From positions 7,626,001 through 7,690,000 of the forward strand of contig NW_027361869.1 in the NCBI RefSeq assembly GCF_039654945.1: DNA of 64,000 nt. Reading direction: 5' to 3'. The notes beneath the pieces were generated by a model. That model was not told the DNA's origin. It made no database searches and saw only the letters and a program-made list of their open reading frames with translations. Positions 24,846 through 37,400 of the stretch are shown piece after piece (positions within the stretch are counted from its first letter, which is position 1; the number at the start of each line of letters is the position of its first letter). The translations under genes and the position numbers were made by a program. This DNA comes from Dendrobates tinctorius (lineage: Eukaryota).

Positions 24846-27578
24846 ATGGGCAACAAACAAGGAGAATTGGAACTACTAACACAGGAAAAGAAATATGATG
24901 TCATTGGAATTACTGAAACTTGGTGGGACAATACACATGATTGGAATACAAGACTAGAAGGATACAACTTATTTGCAAGAAACAGACTTGATAAACGAGG
25001 AGGGGGTGTCGCATTGTATGTTAGAAACGCGTATATCTGCACAGAGATTGAAGCTTCAGAGACTGGGAGTTCTGTGGAAACTGTTTGGGTAAGAATACAA
25101 GGACAGAACAATGGAAAGGACACCATTGTAGGCATTTACTACAGGCTGCCTGTGCAAGCTGAAGATATGGATGAACTCTTTATGCATCAAATGGCCAAGT
25201 TCTCCAAAAAATATGACATAGTTGTCATGGGAGATTTCAACTATCCAGACATTTGTTGGGAATCTCTCTCAGGCAAAACTAACAGGTCAAGGAAATTCTT
25301 ATCCTCTCTTGCTGACAACTTTATCTTCCAAAAGGTAAGGGAGAAAACAAGGGGATCTGCTACCTTGGATCTAATCCTTATAAACAGGGAGGAAATGGTT
25401 GAGGAGGTAATAGTGGCTGGGACCCTAGGAGGTAGCGACCATGCTATTTTAGAATTTTGGATAACTAGAGGCGGAAGACCTGTGAAGACTCAGACGTCAA
25501 GGTTAGATTTCAGAAAGGCAGATTTTAAGGGATTCAGAAAGAGAATTGGAGGGATCCAATGGCTGGATATCCTTAAAGACAAAAATGTCCAGGAAGGATG
25601 GGAAATCTTGAAAAATGAAATTCTCAAAGCACAGTTGTTAACAATTCCGAAAAGAGGGAAGAATAGGAAGCATTTAAGGAAACCAGGATGGATGAACACA
25701 GAACTTAAGCACATGCTAAAAAGGAAGAAAAAAATGTTTATAAAATGGAAAGAGGGAGGCATATCTAAAGAAGAATATAATGCTGTCTGCAGAACCTGCA
25801 GGGCACAAATCAGATTAGCTAAAGCTGAAAATGAATTGAGGCTTGCAAGAGATGTCAAAAGCAATAATAAAGGATTTTGGGGATATGTCAAAAGTAAAAG
25901 AAAAGTCAAAGATGCTATAGGATTTTTACAGGATGAAAATGATGAAATGGTAAGACAGGATGTTGAGAAGGCTGAACTTTTAAATTCCTATTTTGCATCT
26001 GTTTTCTCACAGAAAGGAAATGTAACATCAACTGTTATTCATTGTCCTATTAAGGGAATAGAAGAATCCAGGATATCTATAAACAGAAAGATAGTGAGGA
26101 AACACTTAGCTAACCTAAATGAATTCAAGTCTCCAGGTCCAGATGAATTACACCCCAGAGTACTGAAGGAGATAGCAGAAGAAATTTTTGAACCCCTCTC
26201 CATAATCTTTGAAAATTCTTGGAGAACAGGAGAAGTACCAGAAGACTGGAGAAGAGCAAATGTTGTTCCTATCTTCAAAAAGGGGAAGAAGGTGGACCCA
26301 GGCAACTATAGGCCAGTGAGTCTGACTTCTATACCAGGAAAGATATTTGAACAAATTATTAAACAACATGTATGTCAATACCTGGATAAGAATGAAGTGA
26401 TTAAACAGAGTCAACATGGGTTTGTAACTAATAAGTCATGTCAGACTAACTTAATTTCCTTCTATGACGGTATCACTGATTGGGTGGATCAATGAAATGC
26501 TGTAGATATAGTATATCTTGACTTCAGCAAAGCATTTGACAAAGTCTCTCATACAATCCTTATTGAAAAAATGACTAAGTATGGAATGGACAAGGCAACT
26601 GTTAGGTGGATTCATAACTGGCTTAGTGATCGGACCCAAAGAGTGGTCATAAATGGCTGCACATCCAGTTGGAAGAATGTCTCAAGTGGGGTACCACAGG
26701 GCTCTGTCCTGGGCCCTGTATTGTTCAACATCTTTATCAACGATTTAGATGAAGGAATTGAGGGTAAACTGATTAAATTTGCTGATGACACAAAGCTAGG
26801 AGGGATAGCTAATACTAGAGAAGAGAGAGAGAGGATTCAAAAAGATTTAAATAAACTGGAGAAGTGGGCAGCAACTAACAGAATGGTTTTTAACAGGGAG
26901 AAATGCAAAGTACTACATCTGGGCAATAAAAATGAAAAAAGCATATATAGAATGGCAGGAATAGGGCTAAGTGACAGCACATGTGAAAAAGACTTGGGTA
27001 TACTAATAGATCACAGACTGAATATGAGTCAACAGTGTGATGCAGCAGCAAAAAAGGCAAATGCAATTCTAGGATGTATTAACAGAAGCATACAGTCTAG
27101 ATCACGTGAAGTCATTATTTCCCTCTACTCCTCTTTGGTCAGACCTCATCTGGAATATTGTGTCCAGTTTTGGGCACCACATTTTAAAAAAGACATCAAC
27201 AAACTGGAGCAAGTTCAGAAAAGAGCGACCAGAATGATGACCGGTCTGCAAACCCTGTCTTATGAGGAAAGGTTGCAGGATTTAGGAATGTTTAGTTTGC
27301 AAAAGAGAAGACTGAGAGGAGACTTAATAGCTGTCTACAAATATCTAAAGGGCTGTCACATTGTAGAAGGATCAACTTTATTCTCATTTGCACAAGGAAA
27401 GACTAGAAGCAATGGGATGAAACTGAATGGGAGGAGACACAGATTAGATATTAGAAAAAACTTTTTGACAGTTAGAGTGATCAATGAGTGGAACAGGCTG
27501 CCACGAGAAGTGGTGAGTTCTCCTTCAATGGAAGTCTTCAAACAGAGGCTGGACAGACATCTGACTGGGATGATTTAG
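24846..27578 (+). pseudogene. CR1 ORF2 (APE endonuclease + reverse transcriptase) with an in-frame stop at 26493-26495
   Basis: ITETWW, MGDFN, SDH, KSPGPD, NYRPVSLTS, then VDQ* followed in frame by [19 protein letters not shown] and KFADDTKL. Confidence 0.93.
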
Positions 27579-30500
27579 CGAATCCTGCTTTGAGCAGGGG
27601 GTTGGACCAGATGGCCCAGGAGGTCCCTTCCAACTCTACGATTCTATGATTCTATGATTCTATATACCATAAGCATTTGTATAATTTATATCCTGGCCGC
27701 TGCATTCACACACATCCACCGCCCTTGCATCAACTCTCTACACTCCATCCATATCGGCCCCTCGCTCCTTTCCTCTCCTATGTATAGCACTCACGCTCTT
27801 TTCACATTGTTAAATTGCACAGATCCAGTCAGTCCCACCATTCAACATCAGAGACGCTCTCACAAATCACTTAACAATCTGCTCACTCTTTCTATCCTCC
27901 TTCTCCTAGTCGCAGGAGACATTGCTCCCAACCTTGGTCCCCCATGTTATAGAAAGTCAAACCCCCCAACTGCTACACTTAGAAACCCCTCTAATCTTAT
28001 TAATATTCCCTGCATGCCATCTGTCTCTCTTAATTGTGCACTTTGGAATTCTCGCTTAGTTTGTAACAAACTCTCCTTCATCCATGACTTCTTCCTTTCT
28101 AATTCTCATAACCTTCTGTCTCTTACTGAAACCTGGATCCAGCAGTCAGACACTACCGCTGCTGCTGCTCTTTCATACGGGGGGCTACACTTCTCTCATA
28201 CCCCAAGATCAGACAGTAGAGCAGGTGGAGGCGTTGGTCTGCTCCTATCACCAAAATGTACCTTTCAGGTTATCCCTCAAGTACCCTCACTTGTCTTCCC
28301 TTCTTTTGAGGTCCATGCCGTCAGACTCTACACCCCCTTCTCCATGCGAGTGGCGGTGGTGTATCGTCCTCCCGGCCCCTCCCATCAGTTCCTGGATCAT
28401 TTTGCCACTTGGCTTCCACATTTTCTCTCCTGTGACATCCCTACCCTCATCATGGGAGATTTCAACATTCCCATTGCTCTTCCCCGCTCACCATCTGCTG
28501 CTCACCTTTTATCTCTAACCTCCTCATTTGGCCTTTCGCAGCTTACTAATTCTCCAACGCATGAAGTCGGAAACTCCCTCGACTTGGTCTTCTCTCGGCT
28601 TTGTGCAGTGGATGATTTTGCAAACTCCCCTCTCCCGCTCTCTGACCACAATCTTCTTTCATTCTCTATCAAGAACTGCCAGGCTGCTCAGGTCACCCCC
28701 ACTGTCCAGACTTATAGAAACATACAGGCCATTAACACCCAGAAACTTACGAAGAACTTGCAGTCTTCATTGGCCCTATCTCCTCACTCTCATGTCCTGA
28801 TTCTGCATTGAAGCATTACAATGAAACACTTCAAAGTGCCCTGGATGAATTTGCACCCCTTATAACTAGAACACCACAACACAGACGGCGACAACCCTGG
28901 CACACGGTGCAAACACGTTTCCCAAACACGTTTCCTGCAGCGGTGCTCCAGGTGCGCCGAACGTCTGTGGAGAAAATCCAATCTACACGAAGATTTCATC
29001 CATTATAAGTTTATGCTTTGAACATACAACACTGCCCTTCACCTCTCCAAACAAACCTATTTCAACACCCTCATCACCTCACTGTCCAATAACTCGAAAC
29101 GTCTCTTTGACACTTTTCATTCTCTTCTCAACCCAAGAGTACAGGCCCCAACCTCGGAGCTCCGAGCTGACGATCTGGCCAATTACTTCAAAGAAAAAAT
29201 TGACCAGATCCGACAGGAAATTATCTCCCAATCACCTCATACCATGCACTGTCCTCCCTCCCCCACTGCATCTAGCTCACTCTCTGATTTTGAACCAGTC
29301 ACAGAAGAAGAAGTAAGCAGGCTCCTTGCATCTTCTCGCCCAACTACTTGCACCAGTGACCCATTTCCGTCACATCTCCTCCAGTCCCTTTCCCCTGCTG
29401 TCACCCCTCACCTAACTAAACTATTTAACCTCTCTCTCTTCAGGTATTTTTCCCTCCACATTTAAGTTTGCCATCAAACATCCACTACTTAAAACACCAT
29501 CCCTCGACCAAAACTGTGCCGCTAACTATAGACCTGTCTCTAATCTTCCCTTCATCTCTAAACTCCTGGAACGCCTGATCCACTCCCGTCTTATCCGCTA
29601 TCTCTCAGAAAACTCTGTTCTCGACCCTCTCCAATCCGATTTCCGTTCTGTACACTCCACTGAAACTGCCCTCACTAAAGTCTATAATGATCTGCTAACA
29701 GCTAAATCAAATGGTCATTACTCCATGCTAATTCTCTTGGATCTCTCTGCAGCATTCGACACTGTGGATCATCAGCTCCTCCTCACTATGCTCCGTTCCA
29801 TTGGCCTCAAGGACACCGTTCTCTCCTGGTTCTCCTCCTATCTCTCTGACTGCTCCTTTACTGTATCTTTTGCCGGTTCCTCCTCCTCTCACCTTCCCCT
29901 TACTGTTGGGGTCCCCCAAGGATCGGTTCTAGGCCCTCTCCTCTTCTCCTTGTACACTGCCCCTATTGGTCAAACAATCAGTAGATTTGGTTTCCAGTAC
30001 CATCTCTATGCTGATGACACCCAATTATACGCTTCTTCTCCTGACATCACGCCAGCCTTTCTAGAAAACACCGGCGATTGTCTAAACGCTGTGTCTAATA
30101 TCATGTCCTCACTATATCTGAAACTGAACCTGTCAGAGACTGAACTCCTGATGTTTCATCCCTCTACTAATGTACCTATACCCAACATTGCTATTTCTGT
30201 GTGTGGTTCCACTATTACTCCCCAGTAAAAGGCCCGCTGTCTTGGGGTCATACTTGATTTCGAGCTTTCCTTTGCCCCCTACATTCGATCACTGGCTCGC
30301 TCTTGTCATCTGCACCTCAAAAACATTTCTAGAATTCGACCTTTTCTTACTTTTGACTCTGCAAAAGCTCTTACTGTTTCCCTTATTCATTCTCCTCTCG
30401 ACTATTGTAACTCTCTTCTAATCAGTCTCCCTCTTACCAAACTCTCCCCCCTCCAATCTGTCTTGAATGCTGCAGCCAGGATTATATTCCTCACCAATCG

Positions 30501-31225
30501 TTACACCGATGCCTCTACCTTGTGCCAGTCATTACACTGGCTACCCATCCACTCCAGAATTCAGTATAAACTTATTACCCTCACCCACAAAGCCTTCCAT
30601 GGCTCAGCACCACCCTACATCTCCTCCCTTGTTTCAGTATACCACCCTACCCACGCCCTCCGTTCTGCTGATGACCTGAGGTTAGCATCCTCAATAGTCA
30701 GAACCTCCCACTCCCGTCTCCATGACTTTACACGTGCAGCGCCAATTCTTTGGAATGCACTTCCCAGGTCAATACGATTAGTCCCCAATCCCCACAATTT
30801 TAAGCGTGCCCTGAAAACGCATTTATTCAGACTGGTCTATCGCCTCAACACATTAACCTAATCTATTCCCGTGTGGCACAGCCAAAAGTTTTACCATAAC
30901 CAGTTTTCCCGCATCATGTTCTCACATGCTTTATGCATCCATTAGCCCTCTGTGTCCGTACTGTCACATACCTAACAGTATGGCTGGTTCCTACAATCAG
31001 GGCAACTGTTACCACCCACCTTTCGTGTCTACCTCTTTCCTCATAGACTGTAAACTTGCGAGCAGGGCCCTCTTTCCTCTTGGTATTTGTTATAATCTAC
31101 TGTATGTGATTACTGTTATGCTGTAATGTCTATTGTCTGTACAAATCCCCTCTGAAATGTAAAGTGCTGCGGAATATGTCGGCGCTATAAAAATAAAATT
31201 TTGTATTATTATTATTATTATCATT

Positions 31226-32484
31226 ATCAGTGCCACAACCTCATCCCTGCAGAACCGCATGATCAGTGCCTCCAACTTATCCCTAAAGAGATATATAATC
31301 AGTGCAACCACATTGTCCCCGCAAAGCTGTAAGATCAGTGCCACCACCTAATCCCTGCAGAGCTATTTGATCAGTGCCACCACGTCCTCCCCTCAGGGCT
31401 ACATGATCAGTGCCACCAACTCATCCCTGCAGACCTGTATGATCAGTGCCACCACCTTGTAGCCGCAGAACTGTATAATCAGTGCCACCACCTTGTCACC
31501 ACAAAGTTGTATGATCAGTGCCACCAGTTGGTCAGCACAGAGCTGTATGATCAGTACCACCACCAAGTCCCCGCAGAGCTGTATGATCAGTGCCACCGCC
31601 TACTCCCTGCAGAGCTGTATGATCAGTGCAACCACCTCATCCCTGCACAGCTGTATCTTCAGTGCCACCACCTCTCACTGCAGAGCTGTATAATCAGTGC
31701 CACTACCTCATCCCTGCAAACCAGTTTAGTGCCACAACCTCCTCCCTGTAGAGCTGTCTGATCAGTGCCACCACCTTGTCCGCGCTGATCTGTATGTTCA
31801 GTGCCACCACCTTTTCCCTGCAGACATGTATGATCAGTGCCCCCACCTTGTCGCCGCAGAACTGTATAATCAGTGCTACCACCTTGTCACCGCATGAACA
31901 GTGCCACCAGTTGGTCAGCACAGAGCTGTATGATCAGTACCACTACCTACTCCTCGCACAGCTGTTGAATCAGTGCCACCGCCTACTCCTTGCAGAGCTG
32001 TATGATCAGTGCCACCACCTAATCCCTGCAGAGCTATTTGATCAGTGCCACCACGTCATCCCCTCAGAGCTATATGATCAGTGCCACCACCTTGTCCACG
32101 CAAAGCTGTATGATGAGTGCTACCACCTCATCCCTGCAGACCTGTACGATCAGTGCCACCACATCATCCCTGCAGAGCCTTATCATCAGTGCCTCCATCT
32201 TGTCCCCGCAGAGCTGTATGATCAGTGCCACCACCTCCTCCCTGCAGAGCTGTATGATTAGTACCACCACCTCATCCTTGTAGAGCTTTAAGATCAGTGC
32301 CACCACTTTGTCCACGCTGAGCTGTATGTTCAGTGCCACCAACTCCTCCCTGCAGAGCTGTATGATCAGTGCCACCACCTTGTCCCCGCAAAGCTGTAAC
32401 ATAAGTGCCACCACTTTGTCCCCGCAGAGCTGTATGATCAGTGCCACCACCTACTCCCTGCAGAGCTGTATGATCAGTGCCAAC
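31226..32484 (+). repeat. 36-bp satellite, array E
   Basis: About 35 units; the distal part is paralogous to ~51640-52444. Confidence 0.95.
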
Positions 32485-33252
32485 TGGTATGATTGAGTCA
32501 CCGTAGGAGGCAGACACAAAAATAGAAGCTACGTCCAGAAAAAAAGAGAAGTTGGCAACTATCAGATTGAAGACCCCTGAACCTATCAACACAACTAGCA
32601 GTAGCCGTGGGGGGTTCCTACTGTCGGGATCCCTCAGATATCTCTTTCATCTGAAGGACCGATGTTCTTGGGTGTAGGACACCATATGTCTCTAATTGAT
32701 TGCTCCCGTCGAGAAGAATAACACAGACATAAGCTGTATAATACCACTTGGGATGCCTGCTGAGCGCCTCTGGCTTATCAGTTAGGCTTCCATCTTTTAT
32801 AGCAAATAATTTAGACATTTACAGTCATGCGCAATAAAGAAAAGAAAAATAGTTAAACAACTTGTCCTCCTACCACACAAATCACATAAGAAGGAAATAT
32901 TCGACCTTGGTTAACAAGGGAGATGTCTGAGACATCTCCTCGAAGAAAAGATAAAGTTCAGCAGAATTCATTTAACTCATTCAGTTCTTATCATTCCCCC
33001 TTTGACATCTTCATTTTCCACAATCTGGAACACTGGATCCTGCAACAACAGCGGATAGTGGCTCGTTCACCAGGTACTATCCCAGGCCGACGGGTTGCCC
33101 GAGGGAGACAGGTCTTCTACCTTCTCCATCCCCCAGATACTGAAGCCACGTCCATCATTGCAAGAGTACGCTCCTTCATGCCAGAAATGAGATGTCAATC
33201 TAGGACTCAAAGGAATAATAGTTAAATTCTTTTTGTTTACAGTCAAACTTCC

Positions 33253-34647
33253 TTATCTATTTCTACATCTTTTCTTGCATACAGAGATACACCAAAAAAC
33301 AAGTTTCAATAGCACATATATTAGGAAGATACAAACAACAATACGTAATAGACTTAGTATAATCCCAGTTATCCAGCCTCCAATACCCTTAAACCAATTA
33401 GCTGGATTAAGAAAGGAGAATGTATCTGACCACCAACTATCCTTAGTACGATGATTGTCTTTATCATACTGATCTCTAAGTTTTTGAACATCCTCTATTT
33501 TTAATTTTAACTTTATAATGCTGTTGGGATCTATATAATGACAGCAAGCTGGTCCGATGACTTGACACATACCTCCTTGCGCTGCAGTTAAATAATCTAA
33601 TACTATGGTATGCTGATTAGTGGCTATGATGAGCTGATTTTGGACAGCAACGGTGGTGTTCAATATATCCAATATATCCCATATTTGGTCATCTAAGTAA
33701 TCTGTAGCCCTGACTAATTTATCCCACATTTGAGTAATCATAGGATAAATAAAAATAGAACTGACAATTTTATTAGCCACACTCATCTGCACTATATGTG
33801 GTCTCCCAGAGAGGCGAGGTGTATTGTCAGCAGCTCTTTTGTACAACGTGTGTTTAGGTATGCTCTGAGTATTCAACTGGTCATTCGGAATAACAAAGGT
33901 AGCTGGAGTCAAACGACCCAGAGTACAAGCACCTTTTATCCCTACTGGCAACCATTTATATGCATTGTCTCCACATATCCAGTACATGTCACTAGGTAGG
34001 TCCCATAGGGCTGAATGTTGTAATACCAGTCTATGAACTAAATCTATGAACGCAGATACATTCTGAAGCATACACCAATTTGGAAGTTGTCCTAAAGGGC
34101 TACAATACCCTACATCGGGATTTCCAAAGGTGGGAGTTCCTTTCTCATATCCAGATGACTCGTTGCAAGGTATATTACCTGAATTATTAAAACAAGTTTC
34201 ATTATTGCCCTGGGGAAATAAATTGGAATACTCCCAGGACGTGTTATGCAACCTTCTTTCTAGCAGTATTGGTTTGAAGGCATCAGTAGAGTGGGAAGTT
34301 ACATTAAAACTAACTTGTAGGCCATACATTGGAATTTGCCCCAGGTAGGTTAATCGAGTTCTATTCCTGGGTACCCAAGCCCCCCCTTTATATGCCAGAT
34401 ATTGAAGGTATGTATTACTTCCTGAAAGATTACCCTGCCACCAAGGGTATCCTACCCATCCCACAATAGGTATTCCAACAGTTGTGTTCCATAACTTCAC
34501 ATTATTTGTGGCATTATTAGCAAGTGTATCAGAACAACTGGTCCAGGCAAATAATTCCTCGGGTGGCATAGGAATAACAAGGAACGGAATACTAGTGGCT
34601 GATACTGGTGAATGTGTGCAGATCCAGCAAATGATTTGACCAATCAT
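33253..34647 (-). CDS. env: Retroviral envelope glycoprotein (gamma-type); signal peptide out of frame upstream (ATG 34762)
   Basis: CWIC (CxxC) motif, furin-like LYKR, ISD-like NQHTIVLDYLTAAQGG, CX6CC (CQVIGPACC), hydrophobic TM. Confidence 0.9.
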   Translation of the reverse strand: MIGQIICWICTHSPVSATSIPFLVIPMPPEELFAWTSCSDTLANNATNNVKLWNTTVGIPIVGWVGYPWWQGNLSGSNTYLQYLAYKGGAWVPRNRTRLTYLGQIPMYGLQVSFNVTSHSTDAFKPILLERRLHNTSWEYSNLFPQGNNETCFNNSGNIPCNESSGYEKGTPTFGNPDVGYCSPLGQLPNWCMLQNVSAFIDLVHRLVLQHSALWDLPSDMYWICGDNAYKWLPVGIKGACTLGRLTPATFVIPNDQLNTQSIPKHTLYKRAADNTPRLSGRPHIVQMSVANKIVSSIFIYPMITQMWDKLVRATDYLDDQIWDILDILNTTVAVQNQLIIATNQHTIVLDYLTAAQGGMCQVIGPACCHYIDPNSIIKLKLKIEDVQKLRDQYDKDNHRTKDSWWSDTFSFLNPANWFKGIGGWITGIILSLLRIVVCIFLIYVLLKLVFWCISVCKKRCRNR

Positions 34648-34771
34648 TCAGTAATTTTTCATGATGTTGTATAAACTTATTATTCAAGGACATTGGAGAA
34701 TTTAGATTGTCCCACGCAGCTACCATTATTACAGATAATGCAACAAAACCAAACCAAAACATTATGCACTC

Positions 34772-36645
34772 TTATGCTTTGTTAATTCCTGTGGCTAGTT
34801 TGCAATGCGATGCGTGGATCCAGGTTGGTCGTCCTTCCAACTTAACAGAAGTAGGCGTTGTTAGGAGTACTTGGTAAGGTCCTTGATATCGGGGTTCAAG
34901 GGTCTTTCTGGAGTGTTTCTTGACATATACGTAATCACCGGGTTGTAGACAGTGAGTTCCTTCCACACTATCTGGATCTGGAATGGAAGAGAAAACTAGA
35001 GAATGCATTTGAGTTAAATGCTTTTGCAACTGGATTACATAACTTGTCAAATTATCCACATTGAGTGTTAAGACCTGTGGGTAGTACAACCCTGTGTTCG
35101 GTGGTCTTCCAAACAGTATCTTGAAGGGTGACAGTTTAGTTTTCCCCGTGGGTGTGTACCTTACTGAGAATAATGCTAATGGGAGACACTCTGGCCATGG
35201 TTTATGGGTTTGTTCCATGGTTTTCTGTATTTTCAATTTTAGTGTCCCGTTCATTCTCTCTACCTTCCCTGAACTCTGTGGGTGGTAGGGTGTATGAAAT
35301 GCTTGTTCTACACCTATCACTTGCATTACATTTTGCATTACCTCAGCAGTAAAGTGTGTACCTCTGTCTGATTCAATTGTTTCAGGGACACCGAATCGTG
35401 GTACTAGTTCCATCACCAGTTTCTTTGCAGTGGCTCGAGCTGTAGCCGTTTTCACCGGGTAGGCCTCTGGCCATCCAGAGAAGAGATCTACACATACTAG
35501 GATATTTGCATACACTCCTACCTTGGTAGCTGTATGTCGTCAATCTGCCGTCTCTGAAACGGGTAGAGAGGCCTAGGTGTCGCTTTCTTAGGGACTTTTA
35601 CTGTTTTACCTGGGTTGTGCTGTGCACAGATGAGGCATGATTGTACAAGTTTCGCGGCTGCTCAACTGAAGCCAGGAGCGATCCAGAAGGCATCTACCAT
35701 GGCACACATGTGACTTTTTGAGGTGTGATTGGGGCCATGTGCTGCTTGCGCCATGATTGGGAACAGGGACTTTGGTGGGCACATTTTATCCTTATTCTCC
35801 CATACTCCATTTGAGTTCAGCTCAGCTCCCAGTCTCCCCTGGTGTACCTTCTCTGTTTGGGCAGCCTTTTGCTGGAGGGATTTCAGGACATCTAGACCCA
35901 ATGTGGCTGGAATACGCTGACTCCCCGCCACCGTCCACTGCTCTCTCTAGGCCGCCTTGTGCTATTTTAGCAGCCTCGTTCGCCCTTCTATTGCCCTCTA
36001 CCTCCACGGAGTCACCTTTGTGTGTGCTTTTACCTTGACAATGCCAACCTGGACTGGTAACATCAATGCCTCCATTCATTGTTTCACCAGCTCTGCATTT
36101 TTAATGGGCTTCGAATCTGTGTAAATATTAGCGACTTTACCTGCAGCGGCTCTACACGCCTCAGTGAGTGCCTTCAACTCTGCCTCCTGCGCCGACATGT
36201 GAGGAGAGAGTGGTTCCGCTCGGATTACCTCATGTGAGGATACTACTGCATATCCAGTGTAGAATCGTCCATCCTGGTGGTATCTGGGGCCATCTACAAA
36301 AAAGAAACTCAAAGTCTGCATTAGGAACAGGTTTTTCATGAATGTGTGCAAACCCAACTGTCTCCTGACTCATCAGTTCTATGCAGACATGTTCATGCGT
36401 CATGTCAAAGTATCCTTCCTCACTTGCCAATACGGTCACCAATTCCCCCTTTTCTGAATCCACAGGCAGGAGGGTGGCTGGATTCAGAACGTTACATCTT
36501 TTGAGGAGTGACATACTCAGGAATTAGTAGAGCACACTCAAGTCGGAGCTGTCTGGCCATAGACAGATGTTTTGGTTGAACTTGTAGGAGTATGGCATGG
36601 ATGTCATGTGGGGAATAGATTGTCAAAAGAAACGTCAGTGTCATC
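34772..36645 (-). pseudogene. pol: ERV pol remnant: RT connection domain, RNase H and integrase (frameshifted; PR and RT missing)
   Basis: FVDG...SAQEAELKALTEAC...NIYTDS (RNase H); VDLFSGWPEA, ESDRGTHF, YHPQSSGKVERMN and GPYQVL (integrase). Confidence 0.9.
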
Positions 36646-37400
36646 TCACATGCCTTCCCTATTACGTCTCCACTTTTTTCCTTGTGCTCCAGCATACATG
36701 ACAGGTCGTTTTATTGTCCTTGTTTGCTCAATTTCTTTAGCTACCTTAAGGAGGTCTTTCGGATCTACATGTCTCCATTCAGGTCTGGCTGTCTGTACTG
36801 CGTCTCGTAAGTCTTTGTTCATACCGTCAATGAATGCATTCACCAGTATTCTAACATCAAGTGGGTTTATGCAAATGTACCCCATGTCTGCCCATTTCAG
36901 CTGTAACTGTCCAAAGTACATCTCTACTCTCTCTCCTCTTTGCTGTGTCACATTAGTCAGGAGTACAGACTGCTCTGATTGTTCCACTGCAGCCCATTGT
37001 CTTAGTGACTCACAGTACGTCTCCCCAGATCGTGCAGATTTATAATCCATGCCCCAAGCCTGATTTTTTGTCACATCTGTGTGTCTTAATTATATGATCT
37101 AGTGCGTCACCTGCCTTTAAACTCACCAACCTCTCTAGGTCTGCCCAGGTACACTTATATGTCTGCTGTACTTCCTTTATGTGTCTGTAAAACGGGAATG
37201 GTTGGTCTTCAGGGGCAGGCAGCTGCTTCAGCAAAGCTAGCTGGTCAGAGGGGCTCCAGGGATAATACACCTGTATCTTTCTTATTCTAGTCACACTTCT
37301 AGGTCCTGATGGGGTTGGCCGTCTGATGTCTACTGTCAGCTTACTCCTCAAGGGCCAATGTCCCCACTACCCACTATCCACACTATTATGTCAGCTTCTT
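36646..37400 (-). pseudogene. gag: ERV gag capsid remnant (frameshifted)
   Basis: YYPWSPSDQLALLKQLPAP... (CA N-terminus) and TQQRGERVEMYFGQL (MHR-like). Confidence 0.75.

Larger units (their letters stand above)
23382..27663 (+). mobile_element. Near-full-length CR1 LINE
   Basis: 5' UTR with a ~127-bp duplication, ORF1, ORF2 and an (ATTCTATG)n tail at 27641-27663. Candidate TSD TATATAC at 23375-81 and 27661-67. Confidence 0.93.
23278..31225 (+). mobile_element. L2-clade LINE (degraded ORF2), interrupted near its 5' end by a CR1
   Basis: APE domain (LWNSR, LTETW, GGGVGLL, MGDFN, LSDH) at 27668-28811; RT ([30 protein letters not shown]) at 29725-30228; L2-type 3' end ...GCGCTATAAAAATAAA...(TTA)n. 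Candidate TSD ATCAGTG at 23271-77 and 31226-32. Confidence 0.88.
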
